DNA from: a phage | Direction: 5' to 3' (one strand) | DNA: 64,000 nt | Assembly: GCA_024682255.1 (NCBI GenBank) | Contig: GCA_024682255.1_4716.1 | Part shown: positions 47,796-57,733 of the stretch, piece after piece | Layout of the letters: every line of letters begins with the position of its first letter | Position numbering within the stretch: position 1 is the stretch's first letter | Position numbers and translations under genes: made by a program | Notes under the pieces: generated by a model | What the model saw: only the letters and a program-made list of their open reading frames with translations | Database searches by the model: none | What the model was told of the DNA's origin: nothing

Positions 47796-50390
47796 TTATA
47801 ACGTGACTGTACCTAATTTGGTTGTCTTATTGAGATTAATGACAGAGATCTGGGTATCGCTGGTCGTAATCGTTCCGATATTAACGCGCTGTCCTTTATC
47901 ATCTTCTTGCTTGTAGATGGTTAACTCCAGTTCTAACTGGTCGCCATTAGGAACAACGGAAACGTACCATGTTTTATTACCTGGTGAGCTATTATAGTCT
48001 TTTAGGTTATAATGGCCTTTAGGTAAGGTCATGACCTTACCGGCAAACAAGCAAGTGATGTCTTCGTTGATGTAGATATCGTAACCGGAAGCAGCAACGA
48101 CCGTAGAAACCATGTAGACATGTTTGACGGTACCTGCGAGGTATTCGGCTACGCTTGGCCCATATGCTCTGAATACCTGTCCGCCATTGGATAAACGGTA
48201 CGCTTCCCCAAGGTCAACGTACCCCAGACCCCATACCGGATGGACGTTGTAACGACGTCCGCTGCTGGCCAAATACTCATAAAGCTCATCTACCGATAAC
48301 CCAACCCACGCACCACTGGCGTTCTTAGCACCACGGAATTGAAAATCGTTTGCGTTTCCTGGAGTAGCAACGCGCACGGACATCGCCCCGGCGATTAACC
48401 AGCCATCAGCGCATTTACGATACCCTAATGGTCCCCACGCCCCCAGAGTGTTATCAATGTTATTGATTTGGTCCCGAGGCGTGTAAGTTACCGTTGTGAC
48501 GACCCCCGTTACGGTAATGTTCCCTTCCCGAGCGCTAGTCGTTACTTCAGACGTCATGATAGCCGCCTTCCTGGAGACAGGATCGTACACCGATATGAAC
48601 ATCAAGCAGGGGGCCCCTGTGGACGCTGGAGGAACCACGATAGAGCCGCGTATAACGGAGTATCTCTCAAGCTTCGGCGACGTGTAGGTATCCCAACAAA
48701 GTTTGGCCGCTCTGTCGAGTTCTGCCTGCGTGATGCTTATCGATGCCCCCTTTAAGGCTAACGTATCAGGGTCGACCTCAACCCTGCTGCTTAATCTCCC
48801 TTCCTGTAACCAGCTACCAGTCACTATCGTCTGGTCGTCGCTCATGTGAATTGTCGCGAAACGTTCGCTCACTGAACCGCCTACGTGGACGCGACTGGTT
48901 GGCGGGAATCCCGTCACATCGACCACGCTGTTCTTATAGCGATAACTCAAATCCCAATCAGTGGTTATTAACCGCTTTTCGAAATTGCTCTGACCCCCTG
49001 GGATGCGGGATAAGACATAGACCTTGTTCTTCGCCGTGAAGCCAACGAAGCCGTGTGGACCACAGGACCCAACAACGCGGTCCATGATGTTAATCCAGTT
49101 CCCCACCTCGTACGCGGATATTGGGGTGAGTTTCGCAAGTTCGTCGAAGACATTACCAGCGTAGTCACCAATGCGATACGATCGAACCATCGGCGAGGCC
49201 AGGTTATCATTCACACAGCTGGTAACCAGACCGTCCTCGCGAATGACCATGTTCCCGGTAAGGTTGCCCCCACCCCATGCCCAGAATCCGTCTTTATAAT
49301 CACGGTCACGAGTTGACATCGTACAAGGGCCACGAAAGGACACCGAACCATCGGAGTTCACTTGTAATGACGGCGTTCCAGCATTGGGACTTAATGTCCA
49401 TTGCTTCGTATCCAGGTTCAAATCGACGTACCAGATCGTTGTCCCCTGGTCGGCGATATTCACGGTACTGTTAGTGTACCATGCCGTCGTGCAGTAGATT
49501 CGCGCAATGTTACCTCTTACAACAGCGTAATTTCGAACACCCGCACGAATAGGGATAAACGTCGTTAATTGACTAGGGTACGCTGTATGGTTTAACACTT
49601 CCCAGAAAAGAATGTGGTCGAGGTTGGTTTTCGTCGTTCCCTCAAAAATCTTTCCACTAAACCCGGTTTCTTTGGTGAACTGTACAGCCGCACCATTTTT
49701 AATGTCCGATAACATACAGGTATGTACATCGAGCCCGTGTTTCCCTTCATATTCCCACCAGACTAACAGGTACACTTTGTTTTTGTAGACGAACGTACTA
49801 CAGCGCGCCATGCTGTTGGTAATACCCTCTACCGACCCGGTACACATAGCGGCGACATGCATCTCTACGTTGAATGTGCCGTTAGTCAGAACGATGTAGG
49901 GCTGTGTGTTCTCGTCGTTTGCGTCCATCGCGATACCCATCATCACGCCGTGGTTATGACACCAGACCGATTGTGGGATTTTAGGTAGTGCTGTAGGGTT
50001 GTACTGGCGACTGGTACCTATGGCGGTATCGAGCAACCCTTCACCATTGTTTTTACAGATAGCGTAATACACCCCGTTTTTCATGCTGTTGGATGCAGAG
50101 CGAAGGATGGAAACACTCCCGTCTGCTTCCTGACAGATTCCGTAGGTACGACGTTCGGTCATGGCTATCGCGCCATCAGCTGACCCTTCGATGGCGAGAG
50201 GGAAGTAACTTTGATCGCCAATTTGTTCGATATCGGTTACGTCAATATCAATGTACTTTTCCATCTCGGTGTTGAACTCTGCAGTGCTGTACGCGCCGAG
50301 ATCGCCAGCCTTTAACCCTGTTGGATTGCTTCTGCTAGCGATGCGCTCGGTAACACTGGTCACCAGTTCGCTAAATTTTTTCATTGCCAT
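47796..50390 (-). CDS. large tail-associated protein (putative tail fibre/tailspike), function unknown
   Basis: Track ORF, 864 aa, ATG start; embedded in fibre operon; no catalytic motif recognised. Confidence 0.45.
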   Translation of the reverse strand: MAMKKFSELVTSVTERIASRSNPTGLKAGDLGAYSTAEFNTEMEKYIDIDVTDIEQIGDQSYFPLAIEGSADGAIAMTERRTYGICQEADGSVSILRSASNSMKNGVYYAICKNNGEGLLDTAIGTSRQYNPTALPKIPQSVWCHNHGVMMGIAMDANDENTQPYIVLTNGTFNVEMHVAAMCTGSVEGITNSMARCSTFVYKNKVYLLVWWEYEGKHGLDVHTCMLSDIKNGAAVQFTKETGFSGKIFEGTTKTNLDHILFWEVLNHTAYPSQLTTFIPIRAGVRNYAVVRGNIARIYCTTAWYTNSTVNIADQGTTIWYVDLNLDTKQWTLSPNAGTPSLQVNSDGSVSFRGPCTMSTRDRDYKDGFWAWGGGNLTGNMVIREDGLVTSCVNDNLASPMVRSYRIGDYAGNVFDELAKLTPISAYEVGNWINIMDRVVGSCGPHGFVGFTAKNKVYVLSRIPGGQSNFEKRLITTDWDLSYRYKNSVVDVTGFPPTSRVHVGGSVSERFATIHMSDDQTIVTGSWLQEGRLSSRVEVDPDTLALKGASISITQAELDRAAKLCWDTYTSPKLERYSVIRGSIVVPPASTGAPCLMFISVYDPVSRKAAIMTSEVTTSAREGNITVTGVVTTVTYTPRDQINNIDNTLGAWGPLGYRKCADGWLIAGAMSVRVATPGNANDFQFRGAKNASGAWVGLSVDELYEYLASSGRRYNVHPVWGLGYVDLGEAYRLSNGGQVFRAYGPSVAEYLAGTVKHVYMVSTVVAASGYDIYINEDITCLFAGKVMTLPKGHYNLKDYNSSPGNKTWYVSVVPNGDQLELELTIYKQEDDKGQRVNIGTITTSDTQISVINLNKTTKLGTVTL

Positions 50391-50402
50391 TATTCACCTC
50401 AG

Positions 50403-50888
50403 TTAAATCGGCGAATCAGGTAATTGACCATCGACAATCTCGATAGTGGCCACTTTACGTGTCGCAGCAAGATGTGCTGTGCCCTGAACTTTGTTCCAGG
50501 TACCGATACGCATCACGTTTTTATAGCTGCTGTTACTGTCGCTCAATGTGTAAACAAAACCGTTATCCGTGACAGCAAGATAGATCCAACCGGTTGATGC
50601 GCTAACACCAGAAACATCCAACGTGGTCGCGGGAACCGTTCCTGTTATCGTGTTGTATTCCGCTTCACCTTGGCCGATGCTGATCCTCCCGTTGTTGTAG
50701 CTGGCTGCTGGAATTATTTTATTTCGGCTGAAGAAAAGGAACGGAAGATAACGTTGTGTAACAAGAGGCGTAAGTTTAGGAGCCACTTCTGTCTTAGCGT
50801 ACACGTTTGTCTGTGTCGTTGTTACTGAATGAGGATTCTTCTTGGCCAGGTAGGCTCCCCATTCAGAAAGCAATGTCGATAACTTCAT
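50403..50888 (-). CDS. short fibre-associated protein with single NPxxVT motif
   Basis: Track ORF, 161 aa; N-terminus LSEWGAYLAKKNPHSVTTTQT resembles one fibre repeat. Confidence 0.5.
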   Translation of the reverse strand: MKLSTLLSEWGAYLAKKNPHSVTTTQTNVYAKTEVAPKLTPLVTQRYLPFLFFSRNKIIPAASYNNGRISIGQGEAEYNTITGTVPATTLDVSGVSASTGWIYLAVTDNGFVYTLSDSNSSYKNVMRIGTWNKVQGTAHLAATRKVATIEIVDGQLPDSPI

Positions 50889-50892
50889 ACGG

Positions 50893-51408
50893 CTACCCCA
50901 TGTAACGTTTTTGGCCGAGGATGAAGACCTTGTTAAGGACCACCGAGGTAATGCCTGACGCGTTGCAACTCACCTGCCCAACACGAATCGCTGTTGATGA
51001 ATCAGCCCCAGCACTACTGTTCCAACTCCAGCCGACCGACCCACCTTTCTGATGAATGAAAAGATAACCGGTTCTGTTCGCCCAGTCGGAAGTAAGATTT
51101 TTGATGTCTAGCGTTCCTTTCGCCAGAATATAGTCGGTACCGGAGATCATGACGGGGATTTCAGGATACGAGATTACCGTACCGCTAGCGGTAACGTTGC
51201 TGATGCGATCACTACGGATATCAGTGCAATCACCGAAATACGCTACAGGGAGTATCCCCTTAGGTAGCTTTTTGTCGATTTTTGTATCGACCGTGCTTTT
51301 ATCGGGTGCGTCGATTTGCGCTGCAGTGACTTGGTTAGGGTTATCCTTCCTTGTGTACCATGTCGTCATGCGAGCACCCAATTCACTCATTTTTGTGCCC
51401 ATTTTCAC
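50893..51408 (-). CDS. short fibre-associated protein with single NPxxVT motif
   Basis: Track ORF, 171 aa; N-terminus WYTRKDNPNQVTAAQI. Confidence 0.5.
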   Translation of the reverse strand: MKMGTKMSELGARMTTWYTRKDNPNQVTAAQIDAPDKSTVDTKIDKKLPKGILPVAYFGDCTDIRSDRISNVTASGTVISYPEIPVMISGTDYILAKGTLDIKNLTSDWANRTGYLFIHQKGGSVGWSWNSSAGADSSTAIRVGQVSCNASGITSVVLNKVFILGQKRYMG

Positions 51409-51417
51409 ATCCTATCG

Positions 51418-51453
51418 AAAAATAAAAAGAAGGAAAGGTGGGTAGAACCCACC
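51418..51453 (-). terminator. rho-independent-type terminator (GGTGGGT-aga-ACCCACC + U-rich tract on minus strand)
   Basis: 7-bp stem; followed on the minus strand by TTTCCTTCTTTTTATTTTT; directly after stop of 51460..53613. Confidence 0.65.
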
Positions 51454-51459
51454 CATCCG

Positions 51460-53613
51460 TTATAACGTTTCGAAGTCGGTTGCTTTGATAACCGCGTTGA
51501 AGTTAGCAAGGAATTCCTTAAGCAGTGCTTGGAAGACATCACGAAACGCTGTGTTCGTCTGCAAGCTGGTTAAATAATCGTTCTTAAGGTAATCGCTCAG
51601 CTTACCGATCTTCTGCATCTTCTCGCCGTCTTGGTTCTCTCCAGGTTCTTGGCTGTTGATGTTAACCCATTTGATCCCTTCGAGATCGCCATCGGCAAGG
51701 AAGTTAGCAGGTGTCTCATCGTCGTTCAGGATTTTAATTGTGTCGCTGGATTCAATGCCACCGTAAGCTTCCAGAAGCTGGTTGATGGTCAACTTATTGA
51801 CGTTGATTGAACCATTGACACCATCAATACCGATGCCTGCACCTGTGATGGATGTCGCCGAAAGATCGATCGGTCCGGTTAACTTACCACCGTTGATCGG
51901 TAACGCACCAACTTGCTCAGCGGTGTGTGTATGGTCGGCTAACGCCGCAAACGCCACGATAGACTTATACGTCGAATACGGCGTCATATACGCTGAATGG
52001 TTGGTGTTGTCAACCGCTTCGGTATCGGTAGCGACATTAAAGTTCTGCACGTTGCTGAGACCGACCTGCACCTTCGTTACTTCATGCGGGTTGCTCTTAT
52101 TGACAACGTGTGCTGCAAAACCGTCACCAGCTAAAGCAGTGATTGCCGCTTTTGTCGCAGCCGGTGTCATATAGCGGTTGGTTGCTTCACCCGTTTGCGC
52201 CTCTTCGTCGGAAGCAACAGGATAGTTCTCAACGCTCCCCAAACCGACCTGAGATTTTGTTACTTGGTGTGGGTTTTCGGTATTCGCGATGTGACTACTG
52301 AACCCTTGACCAGCCAGTTGCTCGATTGCGTAACGAACAAGTATTGGTGTCATGTACTTGTTGTTAACTTGACCATCGATAGCTTCTTGGGTGGTAGCAA
52401 CCCCGAAGTTTTGCACGCTCCCCAACCCAACCTGCGCTTTCGTAACGGCGTGAGGGTTATTGGTGTTACCGATGTGATCGGTAACCGTTGGCGTGATTAA
52501 TGCTGCGATAGCGGCTGCCGTGGTCGCAGGGGTCATGTATTTATCGTTAGCAACACCCGCACCAGCTTCTACGTTAGATGCTACACTGTAGTTCGATACA
52601 TTTCCCAACCCAACTTGAGCTTTGGTTACCCCATGAGGGTTATTGGTGTTACCGGTATGGGTTGTCAACGTAGCGTCGACATGATCGATACGCGTGCTTA
52701 AGCCATCGGTGATCGCTCTGATTGCGGCTCGTACACCCGCTGGAGTCGTGTACAGATTTGTGGCCGTACCGGTAATGGTTGCATTACTATCGGCTGTACC
52801 GTAGTTCTCAACGTTTCCGAGTCCCACCTGGGCTTTAGTTACCTTGTGTGGGTTGTTGCGGTTACTGATGTGTGCAGCGGCACTATCACCACTAAGGTTA
52901 GCGATCATCTTACGTGTCATCGCCAACGTCATGTACAGATTTTCACCGACAGTTTCCAGATCGCTCTCGGTCGCTGTTGTGAAGTTCTGCACATTCCCCA
53001 ACCCAACCTGCGCTTTCGTAACGCCATGGGGATTATCGCGACGATTCTCGTGCTGCAGCAATGCGGTCATTGCTTTATTGAACCCTTCTTCAAGCGGTTC
53101 TTTCAATGATTCGATTGCCGCCACCACATCGTCCCACGTCATTGTGTCGGTTTCGACATTATGTTGGTGGTTGATTGGCGGGAATACGGAAGGAACGTCG
53201 GCAACCTTTTCCCAGAACGTAACGCGAGGATCGTAAAGGTTGTTGGCTAAAACGTTAAGAATTTGTTGTTGATCAAGTGTAAACTCACCCCCCAGTGAAT
53301 AGTAGTTCAGTTGCAACTGTCCACTGAATGCGGTGTCCAACAGCATGATGGAACCGTATAATTCCAGGCCGGTCAGCGCAGCCATGGCACGGAAGGGGTG
53401 AGTGCATAAAAAGTCAACGCCTTCTTCCAGATACGCGTTTGTTTCAGGGTTGTAGATCTTTAACCCATTACGAAAATATGGCGCGTATTTAGGAACGAGA
53501 AAGTTAAATCCGGTCCCCGTGGAAGGACGGACAGTGACGAGTTCTTCTGGAACCCATGCGCCATCCAAATTCCCCTGCGGGTTATACGGAAGGCGTTTAA
53601 TTTCATCTGTCAT
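51460..53613 (-). CDS. tail fibre protein with six NPHxVTKAQVGLGNV repeats
   Basis: Track ORF, 717 aa; six ~46-aa repeats; N-terminal domain related to that of 45734..47782. Confidence 0.8.
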   Translation of the reverse strand: MTDEIKRLPYNPQGNLDGAWVPEELVTVRPSTGTGFNFLVPKYAPYFRNGLKIYNPETNAYLEEGVDFLCTHPFRAMAALTGLELYGSIMLLDTAFSGQLQLNYYSLGGEFTLDQQQILNVLANNLYDPRVTFWEKVADVPSVFPPINHQHNVETDTMTWDDVVAAIESLKEPLEEGFNKAMTALLQHENRRDNPHGVTKAQVGLGNVQNFTTATESDLETVGENLYMTLAMTRKMIANLSGDSAAAHISNRNNPHKVTKAQVGLGNVENYGTADSNATITGTATNLYTTPAGVRAAIRAITDGLSTRIDHVDATLTTHTGNTNNPHGVTKAQVGLGNVSNYSVASNVEAGAGVANDKYMTPATTAAAIAALITPTVTDHIGNTNNPHAVTKAQVGLGSVQNFGVATTQEAIDGQVNNKYMTPILVRYAIEQLAGQGFSSHIANTENPHQVTKSQVGLGSVENYPVASDEEAQTGEATNRYMTPAATKAAITALAGDGFAAHVVNKSNPHEVTKVQVGLSNVQNFNVATDTEAVDNTNHSAYMTPYSTYKSIVAFAALADHTHTAEQVGALPINGGKLTGPIDLSATSITGAGIGIDGVNGSINVNKLTINQLLEAYGGIESSDTIKILNDDETPANFLADGDLEGIKWVNINSQEPGENQDGEKMQKIGKLSDYLKNDYLTSLQTNTAFRDVFQALLKEFLANFNAVIKATDFETL
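52050..53040 (-). repeat. in-frame tandem coding repeats encoding NPHxVTKAQVGLGNV modules
   Basis: Six protein repeats; recurring DNA segments. Confidence 0.7.
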
Positions 53614-53645
53614 GATGCGCCCTTTACAAGTTGTTAGTAAGTATG

Positions 53646-53663
53646 GGATACCCTGGGGTATCC
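53646..53663. promoter_or_regulatory. 18-bp palindrome GGATACCC-TG-GGGTATCC in divergent promoter region
   Basis: Perfect 8-bp inverted arms with 2-nt spacer, between 51460..53613 (-) start and 53718 (+) start; followed by AAATATTACTG resembling the TATATTAC core. Confidence 0.4.
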
Positions 53664-53717
53664 TGTGTTAACAGCGGTAAAATATTACTGTAACTATAAA
53701 ATAAGGGGGCCTCTCCC

Positions 53718-54998
53718 ATGTATACATTGGTAAAAACTTACGGGTTACCCGTAGGTTCTGGCACGGCCTGGACAGCGCTTGAGGCGGGTGAAAGTGTCCT
53801 GAGTACGTTGTTCTCAACGTATCAAAAACTCAAGATCCAGGTCCATGAAAGCTACGCTGACCAGCAACAAGTTATTGATCTGTACACATTTCAATCCGAG
53901 CTTCAAAACAGCAGTGATACGCTCAATGCGTGGTTGAAAGCGAAATCGGATGCACATACCAACCTTCGAGGACAGCCTGGTGAGCTGTCGATTAAAACCC
54001 ACAAGCTTTATTGTCATGACGCTATTACGGTAGGCTTTCTCCCTAAAGTCGGTAATAGCGGTTATCATCCGAGCAATGCGATCCCTGAGTCGGAACGCAC
54101 TGATATCCTGTTGACGAAAGCGAATACGAATTACGAAAATATCGGCAAACACTGCTTGTTCACCGTAGGCGGTTATGTTCATCCTCACGTCTACGGTAAA
54201 GACGTTGGTGTCTATATCCTGGGTGGGTTCGAGACAGCACAGCGTAGCCAAGAAAACGATATCGGCATGATTGATTTTAGCCGTATCGGGAGTTTGGAAA
54301 TTCATGCTATCACAGAAGAGATGATTGCTGATTCCACGAAGCTCTTGCCGTATAAGGACGAGATGTACTTGCGGTTACCGCGCAAGGTCGCCGAAGATGA
54401 AACCGTTGCGCTGGTGTTCGGGGGATATTTACATCTTCTTGACGATTGTTACACGATCGTTAGCGACACGACAGCAAAAATAAACTGCATTAACATGTTT
54501 CTCTATGAAAGATACTTCCGTTCCCGCAAATACCTTGATCTAACATCTCTTGGTATTCTGTTGAACGAAGAAGACCCACAGTCCGACATTGTTGCCAATC
54601 GTTTATTGTCGGATAAAGCATTAAAAGCGTGGGTGACGCATCCTTGCAGTTTCTGGGTGTATATCAAAGCAACATCGATTCGGGTTACGCAAGAACCTTT
54701 ACCACGAAGTGGTGTACCAGGACAGTATTTCTTAGGTAAGAAACCGGAAGGATTGATTCGGGCCGATCTTGGTGAGTTACCGGCTTACGTGCAGACCTAT
54801 GAAAAACCGTTATGGGTACTTCACTCGCGCTGGGGACTTCGTAAGAACATGTTGTTTGAAAATACGTTGTACAAACATACCCGCGTTAAGCGGCTTAACG
54901 ATACGCCTTATCTTCACCAGGTCTGGTTGGAAACGCATGCGACGTTGCAGACAGTACACAAGCTCGAATTGATCGATTCCAGTCAGAAAAACAAATAA
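53718..54998 (+). CDS. hypothetical protein
   Basis: Track ORF, 426 aa, ATG start. Confidence 0.6.
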   Translation: MYTLVKTYGLPVGSGTAWTALEAGESVLSTLFSTYQKLKIQVHESYADQQQVIDLYTFQSELQNSSDTLNAWLKAKSDAHTNLRGQPGELSIKTHKLYCHDAITVGFLPKVGNSGYHPSNAIPESERTDILLTKANTNYENIGKHCLFTVGGYVHPHVYGKDVGVYILGGFETAQRSQENDIGMIDFSRIGSLEIHAITEEMIADSTKLLPYKDEMYLRLPRKVAEDETVALVFGGYLHLLDDCYTIVSDTTAKINCINMFLYERYFRSRKYLDLTSLGILLNEEDPQSDIVANRLLSDKALKAWVTHPCSFWVYIKATSIRVTQEPLPRSGVPGQYFLGKKPEGLIRADLGELPAYVQTYEKPLWVLHSRWGLRKNMLFENTLYKHTRVKRLNDTPYLHQVWLETHATLQTVHKLELIDSSQKNK

Positions 54999-55008
54999 CC
55001 AAACATAA

Positions 55009-55040
55009 CCCTCCTCCAACCCAACAGGGAAGGAGGAGGG
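55009..55040. terminator. GGAGG-family hairpin CCCTCCTCC-AA-CCC-AACA-GGG-AA-GGAGGAGGG between convergent genes
   Basis: Perfect 9-bp outer and 3-bp inner stems; near-identical to the copies at ~43048 and ~27180 (reverse complement). Confidence 0.6.
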
Positions 55041-55049
55041 AATATGCTG

Positions 55050-55955
55050 TTATGCTACATATAGCGTTAGATAACCATCGATGAGCGTATTCATCACACT
55101 GAGTTGGAGTACGACAGCTTTACTAACATCTGTGCGTACACCGAACGGTAGTGTTTTGAATTGCTCTGGATCGGCTATTACTCTCGCATTCTGCAAGTTG
55201 AGTGGTCCAGGCATTGCTGACAGTACCCAGCGATCGTTGACCGTAAGACCGTCGATCTCTTCAGAGAGACCCAATTGCAGCATGTTCATTTCTGCAATTA
55301 GTGCCTCCGATTGCGTATCACCTGAGGTTAACGTATACCCATCGGTAAGTGATGCCAGAACACCAGCAGATACGAACCAGTTGTACGAAACAATAGCGCC
55401 AGGGAGTTTATCACTATCTCGATCGATGAGATAATTCAACCCAGCCAACATATTGTTGCGAATGAGGTTGTTGAGGTCATTATGTCCTGAGGTTAACTCA
55501 ATGAGTAATTGACCAACCCATACTTGGTTACCGGGTTTAGGTGTTATCACAACCTGTATCGGTGACTTGGACTTATCCAGATCCGCGTCGACAATCTCGG
55601 TTTTGTTGAGAAGGATACCGTACGTCGATGCTAAGACAGGTAGGATCTCAGAGACCTTGGTTAGCGCATCTAAGGTTTCGATCTCGATGGGCCAGTGGTG
55701 CTGTCCGCCAGACCAAGTACCTAGTTTACCAAGATCGATACGGTTATAATAGATGTCGACAGAGTTCACCAGCCCTGAACCCGGTTGGGGATGCACGGTT
55801 AACTTGCTGTTACGCTTGTACCCGGTGCTTTCAGAAGCCTCACCGATAACCAGTTTATCCAGCGTTACGCCTCGAGCATCGAAATCGCTATGCTTTCGAA
55901 TCAGCCGAAAGAGGATTTCTTTCGATTCTAACCCCAGGATTTCACTGTACTCCAT
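55050..55955 (-). CDS. paralog-family protein, function unknown
   Basis: Track ORF, 301 aa; motifs YKRNSK, IYYNRIDLGKL, STYGIL. Confidence 0.6.
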   Translation of the reverse strand: MEYSEILGLESKEILFRLIRKHSDFDARGVTLDKLVIGEASESTGYKRNSKLTVHPQPGSGLVNSVDIYYNRIDLGKLGTWSGGQHHWPIEIETLDALTKVSEILPVLASTYGILLNKTEIVDADLDKSKSPIQVVITPKPGNQVWVGQLLIELTSGHNDLNNLIRNNMLAGLNYLIDRDSDKLPGAIVSYNWFVSAGVLASLTDGYTLTSGDTQSEALIAEMNMLQLGLSEEIDGLTVNDRWVLSAMPGPLNLQNARVIADPEQFKTLPFGVRTDVSKAVVLQLSVMNTLIDGYLTLYVA

Positions 55956-55970
55956 TTAACACCCCTTAGG

Positions 55971-56855
55971 TTACGGTAGGATTTCTGCGCCCGTCGGGCC
56001 TGCCTTACGAGCTTCCAACGCACCAAGGTCGTATTTCAGTGTCAGCGTATCGTTGGTAGTATAAAGGTTGTGGTAAGTCGAAATCAGATCGGTAACCTGC
56101 GCGCCGACGATTTCGTTCATGTCGAAGGTAGAACCTTGACCATCATCAGCACGAACGATTTTGTCACCAGCAGAGACCATCCCAATTTCAGAAATAACCG
56201 CGTACTCTTCACCACCTTCGGTGAGTTTAGCCACATTGAGATATTCGTTAATATCCCACGGCGTCCAAACCAAAGAGACTTTACAGCTATAGTCGTAGTA
56301 CTCCCCGGTCGCTACCAGAATTCCGGTTGTTGGAATATCTGGTCGGGTGGGGTTGAGGTTCGCGTCGGTTGGATGCCATTCGATGGTCTGAGCGACGCCG
56401 TCGACGTATTTGGTATAACGCATGGAGCGGACAACGTTATCGAAATCGATGCGACGACCGTAATAACAGATATACTTTTTACCGCTTTCCAGTGTCTCAA
56501 TACGACGTAACCCAAATCTAGCGCGTTCGTCCGTGGTCAAATCGTTACCAACTTCACGCATCACGAAAGGCTTGATTTTCCACGGTGATAGATCGCTTGC
56601 TTCGTGAGCGATCGGCATCGAGGAAGGGATACCGTTAGCGTTGCGGATGAATTCATGACCTTGGTTGCCGATACAGAAGTAACGTACAGCAGGATTACCC
56701 TCGGGGTAAACCTTTGATTGAATCTGAAGCTTTTCATTCAAGGTGCTGTGTTCTTCCCACGCATGAGGAAGACCGAGCGTAAGATTAGTTTGTACTTGAC
56801 CGCCGATAATCGTACGGACGATACGATCGGTAGCACGGATTTGTGTAGAAGCCAT
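55971..56855 (-). CDS. hypothetical protein (not of the paralog family)
   Basis: Track ORF, 294 aa, ATG start. Confidence 0.6.
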   Translation of the reverse strand: MASTQIRATDRIVRTIIGGQVQTNLTLGLPHAWEEHSTLNEKLQIQSKVYPEGNPAVRYFCIGNQGHEFIRNANGIPSSMPIAHEASDLSPWKIKPFVMREVGNDLTTDERARFGLRRIETLESGKKYICYYGRRIDFDNVVRSMRYTKYVDGVAQTIEWHPTDANLNPTRPDIPTTGILVATGEYYDYSCKVSLVWTPWDINEYLNVAKLTEGGEEYAVISEIGMVSAGDKIVRADDGQGSTFDMNEIVGAQVTDLISTYHNLYTTNDTLTLKYDLGALEARKAGPTGAEILP

Positions 56856-56871
56856 GTCTTTTCCTATTTAA

Positions 56872-57723
56872 TCAGTTATATTGCATCAACAGGATACCGC
56901 CGTAGTTCGTGCAGTAATCTTGGCTAAGCGTAACGATAACAGCGTTAGCGAACGCTGGGTTAACAGGATAACCCTGTGCGATAAGTTCTGTTGTTTTACC
57001 GGTCGCGAGCACGGTGGCTCCGTAAAGGTTGTTTTCATCTTCACGGCCGTTATACACCCACGGGGTTGGCGCAACGTTGTTGAATAAGCTAACCAATGCG
57101 CTTAAGTTACCACCAACTTTTAACCCAGCAAGATCGGAACGGATCGCTGTACAGTCTATAGCGTAACTGTAGACCAGTGCTTGGATACGATTTGCGGTGT
57201 AGTACGGGAAATTGAGACCGGTCATCACCGTGGTCTTCATCATCCCCGCAATATCGTGGGCGCTATCGAGGAGATAGAACGTAACACTTCCTGTCCAAGC
57301 CAATCCGGTTGTTTTCAATTCTACGGTGTGAGGGAACGGATATTCATCACCTCGTACAATCGGAGAATCGACGCAGCTATCCTGATCGATAACGATACCG
57401 TACGTTGATTGGATCAGAGGGATAAGATCGTGCGTCGTTTTAACCCCGGCATCGATAGCAAGCTTCGGTTCCATTCCCAAGAAGAAGTCTTGAATAGGGA
57501 TACGATCGTACCACACGTAGCTGCTTTCACGGTATTGTGCTGGTGTTACTGTTGCCGAAGGCGATACTTTCGCGCGCGTGTTCCGTTTATACGCGTGGTT
57601 TCCGTTTTCAGCAACATCCGTGATATCAATTGCATCGAAGTTAAAGTCGAAGTCAGGATTGGCTGCCTGAATAAGTTCAGCGACCAGTACTTTAGGACTT
57701 TTGTTTAACAATTTCTGACTCAT
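56872..57723 (-). CDS. paralog-family protein, function unknown
   Basis: Track ORF, 283 aa; motifs YKRNTR, VWYDRIPI, STYGIV, LAWTGSV, DYCTNYGG. Confidence 0.6.
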   Translation of the reverse strand: MSQKLLNKSPKVLVAELIQAANPDFDFNFDAIDITDVAENGNHAYKRNTRAKVSPSATVTPAQYRESSYVWYDRIPIQDFFLGMEPKLAIDAGVKTTHDLIPLIQSTYGIVIDQDSCVDSPIVRGDEYPFPHTVELKTTGLAWTGSVTFYLLDSAHDIAGMMKTTVMTGLNFPYYTANRIQALVYSYAIDCTAIRSDLAGLKVGGNLSALVSLFNNVAPTPWVYNGREDENNLYGATVLATGKTTELIAQGYPVNPAFANAVIVTLSQDYCTNYGGILLMQYN

Positions 57724-57733
57724 TGTTTATTCC

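Noticed and set aside
46330-53040. CRISPR-like array from periodic DNA repeats
   Set aside because: Repeats are in frame inside long ORFs and encode the NPHxVTKAQVGLGNV fibre module.
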